Shown here: one piece after another, positions 17,222 to 27,544 of the stretch
Layout: every line of letters begins with the position of its first letter
How positions within the stretch are numbered: the first letter of the stretch is position 1
Virus record (IMG/VR): IMGVR_UViG_3300031953_000049
Span: 1 to 40,392 of that record
Direction: 5' to 3' (one strand)
Source: a virus
Taxonomy: Duplodnaviria; Caudoviricetes
DNA: 40,392 nt
The notes under the pieces: model-generated
Databases searched by the model: none
Seen by the model: only the letters and a program-made list of their open reading frames with translations
Told to the model about the DNA's origin: nothing
Translations under genes and position numbers: made by a program

Positions 17222-18081
17222 GCGTACACCTCCACAATCACAATTCCGGGACCACCCTTACCTCCGACGGCATTAGCTCCGCCTCCGTTAGTTGATGACC
17301 CGCCACCTCCACCTCCTGGACCCTTGCTGTCGTCTCCTGTGTAAGTTCCGCCACCTGATCCGCCACCGGAGGCAGCGCCACCTCCCCCGAGGACACTCGC
17401 TCCACCGCCTCCACTAGCACAGAGGGTAGCGTCTCCTGATCCTGTAGAGCCACCCTGACCAGACAAGAGGATTGTACCTATCGTTCCCACACCAGCAGGA
17501 CCTGATGGGACATAGGCTGGATAAGTGTTGTTAGGCTTGCGATATCCACCGCCTCCACCGTTAGCAGCTACGTGAGACCCGAAGCTGGTAGCGCCACCGT
17601 CTGAGCCTGTGTTGTTTGACACACCAAGGCCACCAGCGCCGACGGTGACTGTGACAGAAGCAGCTAGGCTGCTGATAGGAAGAAGCTTCTCTGCGTAGCC
17701 TCCTCCTCCACCGCCTGAACCGAATGAGTTGTACGAACCAGCGCCTGAACCTCCACCAGCGCCTCCACCACCGACCAGCTTGACACGCACAGCCTTCGCG
17801 CTGGGATAGCTTGCCTTAGTGAATGTCCCTGATGCCGAGAAAACCACTAGCTCTAACAGGTTGTATCCCACATCAGCTGCAATACCTCCTGACCGTCCAA
17901 GAACTAAGAGTCGGTTGCCTGAGATCTCAACACGAACCCGGTCATCCACGATCAGTGTGGCTGGATCTATTAGCGAGTCAGGCGTGATAGGTAGTGCAGC
18001 ACTATCTCCGTCAAGCTTGATACGCAGTGGAGACACTGCTGTGACAGTGGCCCATCTGAACTTAGTGATGTCCGTACTCAT
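17218..18081 (-). CDS. Glycine-rich minor tail protein
   Basis: SGTFT..VKLVGGGGAGG...GGPGIVIVE Gly-rich domain with N-terminal beta-rich segment. Confidence 0.8.
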   Translation of the reverse strand: MSTDITKFRWATVTAVSPLRIKLDGDSAALPITPDSLIDPATLIVDDRVRVEISGNRLLVLGRSGGIAADVGYNLLELVVFSASGTFTKASYPSAKAVRVKLVGGGGAGGGSGAGSYNSFGSGGGGGGYAEKLLPISSLAASVTVTVGAGGLGVSNNTGSDGGATSFGSHVAANGGGGGYRKPNNTYPAYVPSGPAGVGTIGTILLSGQGGSTGSGDATLCASGGGGASVLGGGGAASGGGSGGGTYTGDDSKGPGGGGGGSSTNGGGANAVGGKGGPGIVIVEVYA

Positions 18082-19247
18082 AGTGAGATGACCTCCTGTA
18101 GCGTTGTCTTCATAAGTCCTAGTGGCACTGTGTCTAGCGAAGTACCAGTAACCACATATCTAGCGTCAATGTCAGCCTTGGTGTGCGAGAAGCGCAGTAC
18201 GTCTGAAACCCTGATAGGAATTGATAGGTGTTCTATCTTGACTTGTGCCTGCACTGCCGACATGGCTACTAAGGTTGCTCGGGCACGATTCTCCAGGAAT
18301 TCAACGATCTCAAGTGTGGTTCCTTCAGGGCATTCAACTGAGTCAAGAGTATGTGTTACCCAGCGACCCTTCCTGGGATATGAGTAGGGTGATGCTGGAT
18401 CTTCGTTGGTCCAAGTTCCTACCAGTGCTGGCTCGTCTTCTCCACCAGCTGCCTGCACTGCGATAACCTTGTTAGGCACCTTGAAAGCGTCACGGTCAAG
18501 CGACCAGTTAGGATCGTAGATAGACAGTTCCCCATCACGCAGTTCACGAGGTACACCAAGGACTTCATACGTAAGAGAACGGTCAGCAGGCAGCACCCGA
18601 GGCGTCGCCTGGAAGTTACCATAACCATCCATCCATAGGGCATCATATCCGGCCACACCAAGCAGGTCATTTACGATGGTCAGCTTGGAGGTGCCCACTT
18701 CCCACACCATGTTGGATGAAGTAGCTAGCGTGGAAGATGCGTCAATGACGATGCTCTCGCCGGCTGATGATAGGATGGTCTGCACGGTCTGCAGAATAAG
18801 GGCACCAGCTGGCACTGAGTAGGACTCACTGATCTCGTCCTGAGATGGCACAGTGCAGCGGTCAAGCAGTTCAATGACCCATACTCGCCCAGTGTTCTCC
18901 CACTCCTCCTTAGCAGCTGACATGAGGAAGACTCCCAGTGGGTTCTCCGGTAGCCCTTCCACCATTAGCACCGGCCGGAGACGAACTGATTCCATAGCCA
19001 GATCAGCGATACGCATCGTTCCGGGGCTAGCCTTATCCAAGTCAATTACTTGTAGCCTGCCCCTGCCCTTGACAGCTGCATACTGTGTCCAAGACAAAGA
19101 GCCATCAGACACTCCGTCCAAGGTGCCAACAAGAACGTCAACCCCTGCTACGTGCTCAAGAACTTCCCAGCGGTATGACGTAGTTCTATCGCCATACAGC
19201 ACGTCCTGAGTTGACAGAACCCTTATCGGTATGATAGGATCAGACAT
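18078..19247 (-). CDS. Minor tail protein (hub-like)
   Basis: 389 aa, downstream of the tape measure gene; PLGVF and VPNKVI patterns. Confidence 0.7.
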   Translation of the reverse strand: MSDPIIPIRVLSTQDVLYGDRTTSYRWEVLEHVAGVDVLVGTLDGVSDGSLSWTQYAAVKGRGRLQVIDLDKASPGTMRIADLAMESVRLRPVLMVEGLPENPLGVFLMSAAKEEWENTGRVWVIELLDRCTVPSQDEISESYSVPAGALILQTVQTILSSAGESIVIDASSTLATSSNMVWEVGTSKLTIVNDLLGVAGYDALWMDGYGNFQATPRVLPADRSLTYEVLGVPRELRDGELSIYDPNWSLDRDAFKVPNKVIAVQAAGGEDEPALVGTWTNEDPASPYSYPRKGRWVTHTLDSVECPEGTTLEIVEFLENRARATLVAMSAVQAQVKIEHLSIPIRVSDVLRFSHTKADIDARYVVTGTSLDTVPLGLMKTTLQEVISL

Positions 19248-19256
19248 GGTTGCCCC

Positions 19257-21482
19257 CTATGAGGTTTCTGTCAGAGTGAATGATAGGTCGCCTCTGTCGG
19301 TCTTTCGGTACGCCACCGAACCCTTGACTGAACCGAACACACGACGACCAGAAGAATCCCGGTAGCATGCACGCCCTGGGATGAGAAGAAAGTTACGAAG
19401 CTCGGAGATGGTCTGGCCGAATCCATCAAAGATGAACGAGGATACCTTCAGACCCACTGAGGTCTCCACACCGTAGAGTCCGATTGGCTTAGTCCTACCA
19501 GCAGCTTCTACAGTGGTACTAGCCACACCAAGAGACTCAGACACTTTGAGATTAGCACCGAACATCACCACAGTGTCAAATCCAGCACCCTTGGATAGGT
19601 AGGCCCGTCGGCACTCCTCCGTCACCAGTGTGACCACAACGGTCGTCTCAGCTCCGATGGCGCTCGTTGTGGTGATGGTGTATGTGTTAGTGCCATGTAC
19701 CGTCGGCGTCGTGTCTAAGAGAGTCATGAGGGCTTCAGTAGGGTAGTCCTCGATTAGGATATCAGTGTCGTCAAGGATTTCACGAGACACTGTGATGGTG
19801 ACAGCTGCTGCTTCACCAGCACCGGGTTCCGGTATCGCCAAGTCAATTTGACCCCATCCACTAGCAGGCAAGAAGATGAGAGGATCAACCACTGGTTCAA
19901 CAGGTGCTAAGTAAGAAACGCTGAATGCGTTAGTTGTCCAGTCTGACCAGAGTCCGTTGGAACCCTGCACCCGAGCGCTGACTGTGTAGGCTGTGTCATT
20001 CTGAACCTTGGTAGCCATCGTGATACCGATGAGGATGTTGCTGTCCAGCTCCTCTTGGACTACACCAGCAAGCAAGAGTCTCACAGTAGCCTTGACGAAC
20101 GTTGAACCTTCAGCCTGGGAGAACCCGAGATTGACCTTGAGCGTAGCCACGGTGACAACCGATGCTTCTGCCGGTGACGTGATTGTGGCGACCGGGATCG
20201 TCTTGAAGGTTGTCGTCTTGGCATCAGACCACGGTGATGCACCAGTACCATCTGAGCCACCTGTCGCAGCCTGACCCCATGTGCGTACTTGAGTTGTCAG
20301 TGCGACGTCGGCTGCATAGGTGCCTCCAGCGAACGTGAAGCTGTTAGCTGTAGAGGTGACCTTGCCAGTGGTGTTCCAGGTAGTGCCTCCGTCAGTGGAG
20401 TAGCGTGTCTCGTAGTGCTTCTGAGGAGTGGTGTCAACCGAGTTGTGTACCCAGTTGACAACGAAGTCCGCAGCCTTGTCGGAGTAGAGACCTGTCGCTG
20501 GTGTGGTCGGCTTATTAGGAGCGACAAGCAGCTGCACCGAGTTGGACGTTGACCAACCTGACAGCAGAGCACCAGCTGTCGCACGCACCCGATAGATGTG
20601 AACTTCGGCAGCGTTCGGGGCCACATGAGTATAGGAGACAGTGCCGGACGGAAGGGTGACAAGTGCAGCCCCATCCCACGTGGTCACGCCACCGGATACG
20701 ACACCATGCCAGATTTCGTGAGCGTGCTCTGTGTAGCCGACATGAGGCGTGAAGCCTACTGTAATGTCAAGACTTGCTTCCTTGGTCGCTATCGCGTCCG
20801 TTGGAGCCGCTGGTGTGGTATAAGCAGCAGCCGAGGAAGCTGACCAAGCAGACGTCCCAGCCGAGTTAGCTTCACGAACCTGAAGGATGACCTTCTGGTT
20901 AGCTTCAACTGCTACGGTGACAGACGTTGTTGCTGAGATAGGTGCCAGCTCAACGAAAGCAGCACCGTTGACAGCCTTGCGAATCTGGCTGGTGTTCGGT
21001 GCGTCGTTGGTTACAGCAGGACGACTCCATGCAGCCGACAACTGAGTGTCTGAGACATAAGTGTTAGTCACACCAGTAGGAGTATCGGGGACATCGTAGA
21101 TGCGTGTCAGACCAAGAGACCATGAACCGTTAGCGGAACCGAAGTTGCCACCAGACGAGTCGTTAGCAGCGTAGGAACCTGAAGCCACCTTGGTTCCATC
21201 TGAGTTGTGAACAACGGTGTCAGACCCAGAACCTATCAGCTTGGAGCTGTACGCAGTGAAGTCGTAGGGTGCCCAGCCATTAGCACTGAACGATACGTCA
21301 CCAGACATTGATCCAGTGTTACCCGAGTTGCTGGTGAAGTAACCACCTCCTGACAGCTTCTCGACCCACAGCCAGCCCGAGCAGACATGGCTGTTTCCGG
21401 CAACGTTGACAGAGCCCTGCGTCACCCTTGCATGGTGGCGATACTGGGAATTCCCCGAGAATGTTTTATAGAAATCAGCCAT
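19257..21482 (-). CDS. Minor tail protein with FN3/Ig-like repeats
   Basis: 741 aa, Thr/Ser/Ala-rich; repeated PxxP..W..Y.VRA..S.WS fibronectin-III patterns. Confidence 0.8.
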   Translation of the reverse strand: MADFYKTFSGNSQYRHHARVTQGSVNVAGNSHVCSGWLWVEKLSGGGYFTSNSGNTGSMSGDVSFSANGWAPYDFTAYSSKLIGSGSDTVVHNSDGTKVASGSYAANDSSGGNFGSANGSWSLGLTRIYDVPDTPTGVTNTYVSDTQLSAAWSRPAVTNDAPNTSQIRKAVNGAAFVELAPISATTSVTVAVEANQKVILQVREANSAGTSAWSASSAAAYTTPAAPTDAIATKEASLDITVGFTPHVGYTEHAHEIWHGVVSGGVTTWDGAALVTLPSGTVSYTHVAPNAAEVHIYRVRATAGALLSGWSTSNSVQLLVAPNKPTTPATGLYSDKAADFVVNWVHNSVDTTPQKHYETRYSTDGGTTWNTTGKVTSTANSFTFAGGTYAADVALTTQVRTWGQAATGGSDGTGASPWSDAKTTTFKTIPVATITSPAEASVVTVATLKVNLGFSQAEGSTFVKATVRLLLAGVVQEELDSNILIGITMATKVQNDTAYTVSARVQGSNGLWSDWTTNAFSVSYLAPVEPVVDPLIFLPASGWGQIDLAIPEPGAGEAAAVTITVSREILDDTDILIEDYPTEALMTLLDTTPTVHGTNTYTITTTSAIGAETTVVVTLVTEECRRAYLSKGAGFDTVVMFGANLKVSESLGVASTTVEAAGRTKPIGLYGVETSVGLKVSSFIFDGFGQTISELRNFLLIPGRACYRDSSGRRVFGSVKGSVAYRKTDRGDLSFTLTETS

Positions 21483-21488
21483 GAGTGA

Positions 21489-21653
21489 CTACTCCGTAAC
21501 TACGTCAAATGTGTCAGCGAACTCCTGTGCGCTGTAGATACCGATTTCCAGTTCCGGCCCTGGATCGAAGTCAACGATGACACGACCGTTCAGGAGAGAG
21601 GAGCGTTCAAACTCAAACTCCCTGCCGTCTGACTTGTTCTTGCATATGCCCAT
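21489..21653 (-). CDS. Small hypothetical protein (54 aa, not in ORF track)
   Basis: AGGAGA RBS; MGICKNKSDGREFEFERSSLLNGRVIVDFDPGPELEIGIYSAQEFADTFDVVTE fills the gap after the tape measure gene. Confidence 0.65.
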   Translation of the reverse strand: MGICKNKSDGREFEFERSSLLNGRVIVDFDPGPELEIGIYSAQEFADTFDVVTE

Positions 21654-21699
21654 GATAATCTCCTAGACCGTGTGAACGGTCGGTTGCATGGCCTTCTCA

Positions 21700-24132
21700 T
21701 TAGACATGAGTTAGACCTCCTTGACGGGACTGCACCCGCATTGAATCTACGATGGCCGTAGCCAGTGTAGAAATCGAATCCTTTGACAGGTACACTGCTG
21801 CACTGTCTTTCGCCTTATCCTGTGACGCGAAGGCGTCGGTGATAGCCCCGCTAATTAGGTAGGGATCAAGTGTGGCTTCAACGGTAGACCGTCCTGCGAA
21901 CTGCGGAGTTGCCTGCATTGGAATGATGCTCTGTGTGAGGTTAGTGTCGTGCGTGAAAGCCACACTCGTGCTCAGCTTGCCTGCTTCATCCATGATGCGA
22001 CTGTTGAGATCCTTGATAGGCTTCAGCGCGGCATCCTCGTTCTCTTCGACGCCACCTCCGATACCTGCTGGCAGCTGCACGCCGATTTCCATCTTCATGC
22101 GACGCGAAGGAGAGTTGATACCGAAGAAGTCTTTGATTCCGCCCATCACGTTGTCAACGAATCCACTGATCTTTCCCATCAGCCAGCCAGCAGCGTCGCT
22201 GATGCCTTCCCAGAGACCCTTGATCAGGTTGAGACCCGCTGTGACCATCTGTGGTACAGCACCAGCAATGGCACCGATGATGGCACCGATGATCTTGGGA
22301 ATGGCCTTCACGATGCCGCCGATGATGGCTGGCATGTTACTCACAATCGCCACCAGTAGTTGGATACCAGCCATGATCAGCATAGGGATGGCACCTATCA
22401 GACCGTTGATGATACCACCGATGATCTGAGGAATCGCACTTACGATGGTGCTGATGATCTCAGGCAGTGCACCGATCAGTGCTATGAACAGTTCAATACC
22501 ACCTTCGATGATAGTGGGGATGGCTCCCAGCACTGCTGTCATCAGGCTGGAGATAATGACTGGAAGGGCTGCCACGATCGTAGTGATAATCTCAGGCAGT
22601 GCTGCTACAAGGCTGGTGAGAAGTGTGATGCCTGCCTGTATGATCAGGGGGAGAGATGAGGTAAGAGCGCCTATGATGGCAGTGATGATTCCGGGCAGTG
22701 CTGCCACGAGAGCGTTGATGGTTGTTGGCAGTGCTTCAATGAGACCGTTGAACAATGCGATACCGGCTTCTATCAGCATCGGCACACCTGTCGTGACGAA
22801 GTCCACGATGCCGTCAATAATGGCTGGCAAGGCTTCAATGATAACCGGGATGCTATCAACGATGCCAGTAGCGAGTCCCATCAGTAGCTGAACACCAGCA
22901 TCCAGCATCATCGGTGCAGCATCAATGAGCGCCTGCACCATAGCTAGGAGGCCTGTGATGACAGCTGGGATTAGAGTGGGAAGCGCCTCACCTATCCCGG
23001 TAGCAAGACTAGCTATAGCTTCAGCCCCAGCAACTATGAGCAGTGGACCTAGCGTGGCTACGGTATCAACAAGGCTCACGACCGCTGGGAGCAGCGCAGG
23101 AAGGAGCGCTGGCAGTGCACCAACGATTCCCTGTAATAGGCCTCCGATGAGAGCCACACCAGCGTTGAGCACTGCTGGCAGTGCAGCGCCTATAGCACTG
23201 ACTATCGTTTCGCCCATGCTGCCGAGCTGAGGACCTAGCTTTTCAACGTTGGTGGCTATGGATTCGATGACAGGGATGATGTTAGTCACTACCTGCTGGA
23301 AGCTGGATACTACGTTGCCTGCCAGCGTTGCGACATCAGCATCAGCATCGCCTAGCCCGGTAAGAAGGTTAGTCCATGCTCCGCGCATGGTGTCAATGGA
23401 ACCTGAGATGGTCTCGCTGGCTTCTTTAGCTGTAGTGCCTGTGATGCCCATCTTGTCTTGAACGACACCGATGGCACCGATGATCTTGTCATATGAAACG
23501 CTGTTGATGTTAGCAGCTGTCGCGGTGAAGGAGTCACCCATGACACCCGACTCGTTGACCAGTCGTGCCATCTCAGCACCAGTACCACCGAAGCCGAGCT
23601 TGAGGTTGTCAAGCATGGAGAAGTTCTGCTTAGCGAAGCCCTGATAGGCGTTCTGGATGCTACCGATGTCGGAGCCGAACTTAGCAGCGTTGTCAGACAT
23701 GTCAATGATGGCTCGGTTGGCAATGTCAGCAGCCTTATCCGTGTCACCACCGACACCAGCGATAAGGGCAGCACTGAAGCTCGTAACCTGGGACATGTAC
23801 TCGTTCGCACTAAGTCCGGCTGTCTTGTACGCTTCATTCGCGTACCCTTCCATCTTACCTGCTGCACCCTTGAACAGAGTTTCGATACCACCGATGTTCT
23901 GCTCATACGCGGCATAAGCACCGATGACACCGACCACGAGAGCAGCACCAGCAGCAGCCGAAGCAGCTGCGAAAGCGGTGACGGCCACACCAGCGCCCTT
24001 GAGACCGCCACTAACCAGCGTGCCTAGCTTGGAGTCAGTCTTAGAAGCACCGTCACCAATTCCGTTGAGGCCCTTGGTTACGCCTTCGGCACCATCGAGT
24101 GAGACTTTGATCTTCACGTCGTTGTTAGCCAT
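21700..24132 (-). CDS. Tape measure protein
   Basis: 810 aa; YEQNIGG, GFAKQNFSMLDNLKLG, amphipathic LP..I repeats, FGINSPSR C-terminal motif. Confidence 0.93.
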   Translation of the reverse strand: MANNDVKIKVSLDGAEGVTKGLNGIGDGASKTDSKLGTLVSGGLKGAGVAVTAFAAASAAAGAALVVGVIGAYAAYEQNIGGIETLFKGAAGKMEGYANEAYKTAGLSANEYMSQVTSFSAALIAGVGGDTDKAADIANRAIIDMSDNAAKFGSDIGSIQNAYQGFAKQNFSMLDNLKLGFGGTGAEMARLVNESGVMGDSFTATAANINSVSYDKIIGAIGVVQDKMGITGTTAKEASETISGSIDTMRGAWTNLLTGLGDADADVATLAGNVVSSFQQVVTNIIPVIESIATNVEKLGPQLGSMGETIVSAIGAALPAVLNAGVALIGGLLQGIVGALPALLPALLPAVVSLVDTVATLGPLLIVAGAEAIASLATGIGEALPTLIPAVITGLLAMVQALIDAAPMMLDAGVQLLMGLATGIVDSIPVIIEALPAIIDGIVDFVTTGVPMLIEAGIALFNGLIEALPTTINALVAALPGIITAIIGALTSSLPLIIQAGITLLTSLVAALPEIITTIVAALPVIISSLMTAVLGAIPTIIEGGIELFIALIGALPEIISTIVSAIPQIIGGIINGLIGAIPMLIMAGIQLLVAIVSNMPAIIGGIVKAIPKIIGAIIGAIAGAVPQMVTAGLNLIKGLWEGISDAAGWLMGKISGFVDNVMGGIKDFFGINSPSRRMKMEIGVQLPAGIGGGVEENEDAALKPIKDLNSRIMDEAGKLSTSVAFTHDTNLTQSIIPMQATPQFAGRSTVEATLDPYLISGAITDAFASQDKAKDSAAVYLSKDSISTLATAIVDSMRVQSRQGGLTHV

Positions 24133-24150
24133 GCTGCCCTCCTTCCTAAG

Positions 24151-24585
24151 TTATTTCTCCGGCTGTGGTAGAGCTTCACCTTCACGTTGGCTTAGCCAGA
24201 ATGTCCCCAGCTGGGGATCAGGACCGTTGCCCTTCTGGTGTGATTCAATAGACGTCTTGTTAGCTGTGCTCCACATGTTCTGTCCAACCGCGATGGCCTG
24301 CTGTGCTGGACATTCCATGGACCACGCCGTATAGTCCTCTATTGTTTCTTCTCTACCTAATCTTGAGTTGTGTAGATGTTGAGCCAGTGGCCTACCACAT
24401 CCGGGGCACTTAGCATCCTTGAGATATTTCCATTGAGATAGCACTTCTAGATCTAACTCGTCCCAGGTGTCCGGACTTCCCCCGTCAAGGAGGCGAACCG
24501 GAGGTCGTCCAGACACCAGAGCCATGTCAAGCAGGAGCGCTAGACGAGGCCCGATTTCGTAGGGCGTATTGAAACGTCGCCCCCC
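24151..24585 (-). CDS. Tail assembly chaperone, frameshift extension (gpT-like)
   Basis: Open in the -1 frame overlapping the end of 24540..25100; no clear RBS; directly upstream of tape measure. Confidence 0.7.
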   Translation of the reverse strand, partial: GGRRFNTPYEIGPRLALLLDMALVSGRPPVRLLDGGSPDTWDELDLEVLSQWKYLKDAKCPGCGRPLAQHLHNSRLGREETIEDYTAWSMECPAQQAIAVGQNMWSTANKTSIESHQKGNGPDPQLGTFWLSQREGEALPQPEK

Positions 24586-25100
24586 GAGTTCTGCCAAGAC
24601 ATGAACGCCTGCACAACTTGATGCAGTGATCCGCCCGGCAGAATTCCAGCGTTACCCTTGGAACTCATGGAGGCAGCGTCGGTCGTAAGGGGCTTAGCAT
24701 CTGGATTGATCAAGTTCCCCTCCTCGTCCTCTGCTACCGGGTCAACTCCGTAGACACCGATGAACGTCTTGACTAGAACCTTTTCGTACTGATCCACAGG
24801 CGTCAAGCCCTGCTGTTTGATAAGCAGTGCCCACTCCCCGAGTTCCAGCTGGTGATACTGGACCCAGACAGAGTTGGACTCCGGCTTGGTCTCAGCCACA
24901 CGTTGTTCTAGCTCCGACAAGTTGTCAGCGAGGAAGCCCTGTCCGATGACCTGCTTCATGGCCTTAGCCTGAGTCAGTTCTTTCTTGGCGTCCTCGTGCT
25001 CCTGGGAATAGGTGCTTCCCAGATCAACTTCCAGTGTAAGTACCGACGCTCGTCGGGCCTCTACAGCTGCCTTGAGTTCTTCATAACTATTGAATGCCAT
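24540..25100 (-). CDS. Tail assembly chaperone (gpG-like)
   Basis: Between major tail and tape measure genes; AAGGAGG RBS. Confidence 0.8.
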   Translation of the reverse strand: MAFNSYEELKAAVEARRASVLTLEVDLGSTYSQEHEDAKKELTQAKAMKQVIGQGFLADNLSELEQRVAETKPESNSVWVQYHQLELGEWALLIKQQGLTPVDQYEKVLVKTFIGVYGVDPVAEDEEGNLINPDAKPLTTDAASMSSKGNAGILPGGSLHQVVQAFMSWQNSGGDVSIRPTKSGLV

Positions 25101-25132
25101 TAGTCAGTCCTCCTTGGACTTGTTGTGGTTGG

Positions 25133-25630
25133 TTAGATGGCGATTGCTACAGCGTTGCTGGAGCGTGCCTGTACGGTGACGTGAGCGGTGATGCCGACGA
25201 ACGTGTTGTTCGCCTCGAGAGGATCAATGGAAGTGATGATAACCTTCCATACCCAGACGAGCTGAGCAGCTGTTACCGCTGTGTCGTGAGCAATGCCATC
25301 ACGTCGCCAGACGTAAACGACGTCGCCGATGTTCAGGCCGGTGATGAGGTCTGTGTCTGCCTGACCAGTGCCCTTGATGACAAGGTCGTCGATTGAGTGG
25401 GTAGTGCTGCCCGGGAGCTGTTCGCTCGATGGGTCACACAGCCAGTCAATGGATTCGCTGTCGGTGCTGCTTGTGCCGTTGAACGTCTGAACTGAACACG
25501 AGAGATCGAGTCCCGCGTCAAGCTCTGCGACAGTCGGTGCGTTGATGTCAACGACCGCTGGTGCCACGCCTACGGCGACATTTCCTCGGCTGATCTGTGT
25601 CGAGGGGTTCCATGCTGTAAGTGGTGCCAT
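25133..25630 (-). CDS. Major tail protein
   Basis: APTVAELDAG.DLSC, LCD...EQLPG, VWRRDG, V.VWKV patterns of actinophage tail-tube proteins. Confidence 0.85.
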   Translation of the reverse strand: MAPLTAWNPSTQISRGNVAVGVAPAVVDINAPTVAELDAGLDLSCSVQTFNGTSSTDSESIDWLCDPSSEQLPGSTTHSIDDLVIKGTGQADTDLITGLNIGDVVYVWRRDGIAHDTAVTAAQLVWVWKVIITSIDPLEANNTFVGITAHVTVQARSSNAVAIAI

Positions 25631-25696
25631 GATCTTGCCTTTCTACTTAGTTGCCCTTGGTGCCCTAGGATTAGGACCCCTCGGCTATTTGAGGAC

Positions 25697-26017
25697 TTAG
25701 TCGTCCTGGTCTAGTTCGTCGTCATGCTCGAGAGCAGCAACGAGATCGGCCTTGAGGTGGCCGTCGGGTGTGATCTGATGTTCTTCCTCATAGCTTTCAT
25801 TTCGGAAGTCAATCTCAGCCTGAAGCTGTGCCACCGTGAAGCTCTGGTAAGAACCTTCCTCTTCGGTGTGGCCCTTGCGCTTAGGCGTGAATCCAATCAC
25901 CGTCTCGCCGGCGACTAGGTCACGAACCTTGGTGTGCACAGCCCCGTTGAAGTTGTGCTCGCTGATTGCGTATCGAACGTTGGACTCCTTGTGGTCCACG
26001 ACAATGCCCTTAGACAT
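25697..26017 (-). CDS. Hypothetical protein with C-terminal HeH/SAP-like motif
   Basis: YQSFTVAQLQAEI...KADLVAALE. Confidence 0.65.
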   Translation of the reverse strand: MSKGIVVDHKESNVRYAISEHNFNGAVHTKVRDLVAGETVIGFTPKRKGHTEEEGSYQSFTVAQLQAEIDFRNESYEEEHQITPDGHLKADLVAALEHDDELDQDD

Positions 26018-26367
26018 TAGATTCCTCCTTGATTTAGTTGGACAGTTACTTGCGACTCATAGTGGCCCTCTACCTGAGCTCCTGAGTATCCCATAGAGGT
26101 GGATAGTGTGGTGCCACCAACACGAGCGCCCTGTAGCTCTGCCATGACCAGCACGGCGAGATTGAAGGACGCTTCAACGCTGGCAGCTGCACAGTAGAGC
26201 GTGAACTGGAAGTCCCAGTCAATGGCATCTCCGCAGATGGCCTCTTCCAGGGTGCTGGCTGCCAGTGGTCGGCTGACCACGTATGGCAGAGCCTGCCCGG
26301 TGATGGGATAACCTTCAGTGGCAGGGGCAGCGGTGACTAGGTTGGTGATGTCGTTGAAGATGCTCAT
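26017..26367 (-). CDS. Tail terminator-like protein
   Basis: Position in the head-tail block; LPYVV motif. Confidence 0.6.
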   Translation of the reverse strand: MSIFNDITNLVTAAPATEGYPITGQALPYVVSRPLAASTLEEAICGDAIDWDFQFTLYCAAASVEASFNLAVLVMAELQGARVGGTTLSTSMGYSGAQVEGHYESQVTVQLNQGGI

Positions 26368-26717
26368 AGCCCTAAGTCCTCCGCGCTGAAGATGTCCTTA
26401 GCCTGATCGTTCAGCTTGGCAGCAGTCGTCAAGTGGAACGGGCGTGCTTCCATGCGACTGGTTCCCAGGGCTACGAACGTGGCGTAGGTTACGGTCGGGC
26501 CGATGAAGACGGTGTTCTTGCCTGCGGACTCAGCCGAGGTGCTGTTCACCATCGTGCCAGTGTCCACCGCGTGCATGTTCTGTATTTCCGTCTTCATGAT
26601 ACCGACACCGACCTGAGCTAAGGTGCGGAGCTTGGTGTCAATGGTGGGATCTACCTTTCGGGCAGCAGCCTGAGCCAGTGAAGCAAGCTGTCCCATAGTG
26701 AGCTTCTTGTCAGCCAT
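26364..26717 (-). CDS. HK97 gp10-like neck/tail-completion protein
   Basis: AVDTGTM.NS, YATFVALGTSRMEARPF. Confidence 0.8.
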   Translation of the reverse strand: MADKKLTMGQLASLAQAAARKVDPTIDTKLRTLAQVGVGIMKTEIQNMHAVDTGTMVNSTSAESAGKNTVFIGPTVTYATFVALGTSRMEARPFHLTTAAKLNDQAKDIFSAEDLGL

Positions 26718-27133
26718 TAGAGACCCCCCTTGCCTTCCTGATTGACGTTCTCAAAGTCACTAGCCACACCCTTGCGAATCATGGCTAGACCGTTCTTGCT
26801 GATCTTGTCCATGAGCAGCACCTTGTTGACTAGGTCAGGCTCCGACAGGCAGCTGATGACCTTCACAGCTTGTCCGGCTGCTAGGGCTGTGCCCTTAGCC
26901 ACCTTGACACTGTAGACGCTGTCAGTACGACTCTCCACAGCGTTAGCCAGACTAGTCGTTTGAACCAGCCCTGGGATAGGCGTACCCACGGGAGTAAGTG
27001 CTCGGGTGACCGTGGCACCGACTGTCACCGGAGGACCGACGGTAAGTATCTGGATGGAGTCTAACAGGGTGGCCGCTGCAAGCATGCGTCCGGCCTCATC
27101 CAAGGTCTGTGTTGACATCGTCATTGCCGTCAC
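26717..27133 (-). CDS. Head-tail joining (stopper-like) protein
   Basis: Size and position in the head-tail block; exact start uncertain. Confidence 0.55.
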   Translation of the reverse strand: MTAMTMSTQTLDEAGRMLAAATLLDSIQILTVGPPVTVGATVTRALTPVGTPIPGLVQTTSLANAVESRTDSVYSVKVAKGTALAAGQAVKVISCLSEPDLVNKVLLMDKISKNGLAMIRKGVASDFENVNQEGKGGL

Positions 27134-27518
27134 CCCTTCCGCTCATGTCTGTATGGTAAACATGCGGAGAGCCGGGGATGGTAATGAGTCCGAGAGGCCC
27201 TCTCGCTGTCGCCTGAGCGATCTTAGACATGCTTCTGTAGTATAGTGCCAGCCCAGACCAGCTGGGAGCGTCTACAGAGACGCTGGTTCCTTCGGAACTA
27301 GACTGTTTCACGAAGGGCTGAGCCTGAAGAAACCCGAGCATGCTAAGCGCTGCCCAGTAGACATCATGTGTGTCAACGTATCCGGGCTGTCCGGGCCACA
27401 CATCATCGCCGTCGGGAATTAGCGCCGTTGCCAGTGCTGCATTCTTCATGGGATCGGTAAGGAGGGCATATCCGGGCAAGCTGCTGAGCAGTGTGCTGAG
27501 GTCTTCGATTGCAGTCAT
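27096..27518 (-). CDS. Head-to-tail adaptor-like protein
   Basis: Follows capsid genes; AAGGAGG RBS; SSEGTSVS motif. Confidence 0.6.
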   Translation of the reverse strand: MTAIEDLSTLLSSLPGYALLTDPMKNAALATALIPDGDDVWPGQPGYVDTHDVYWAALSMLGFLQAQPFVKQSSSEGTSVSVDAPSWSGLALYYRSMSKIAQATARGPLGLITIPGSPHVYHTDMSGRGDGNDDVNTDLG

Positions 27519-27544
27519 GATGTCCTCCTTGATGGTATAAGTAA

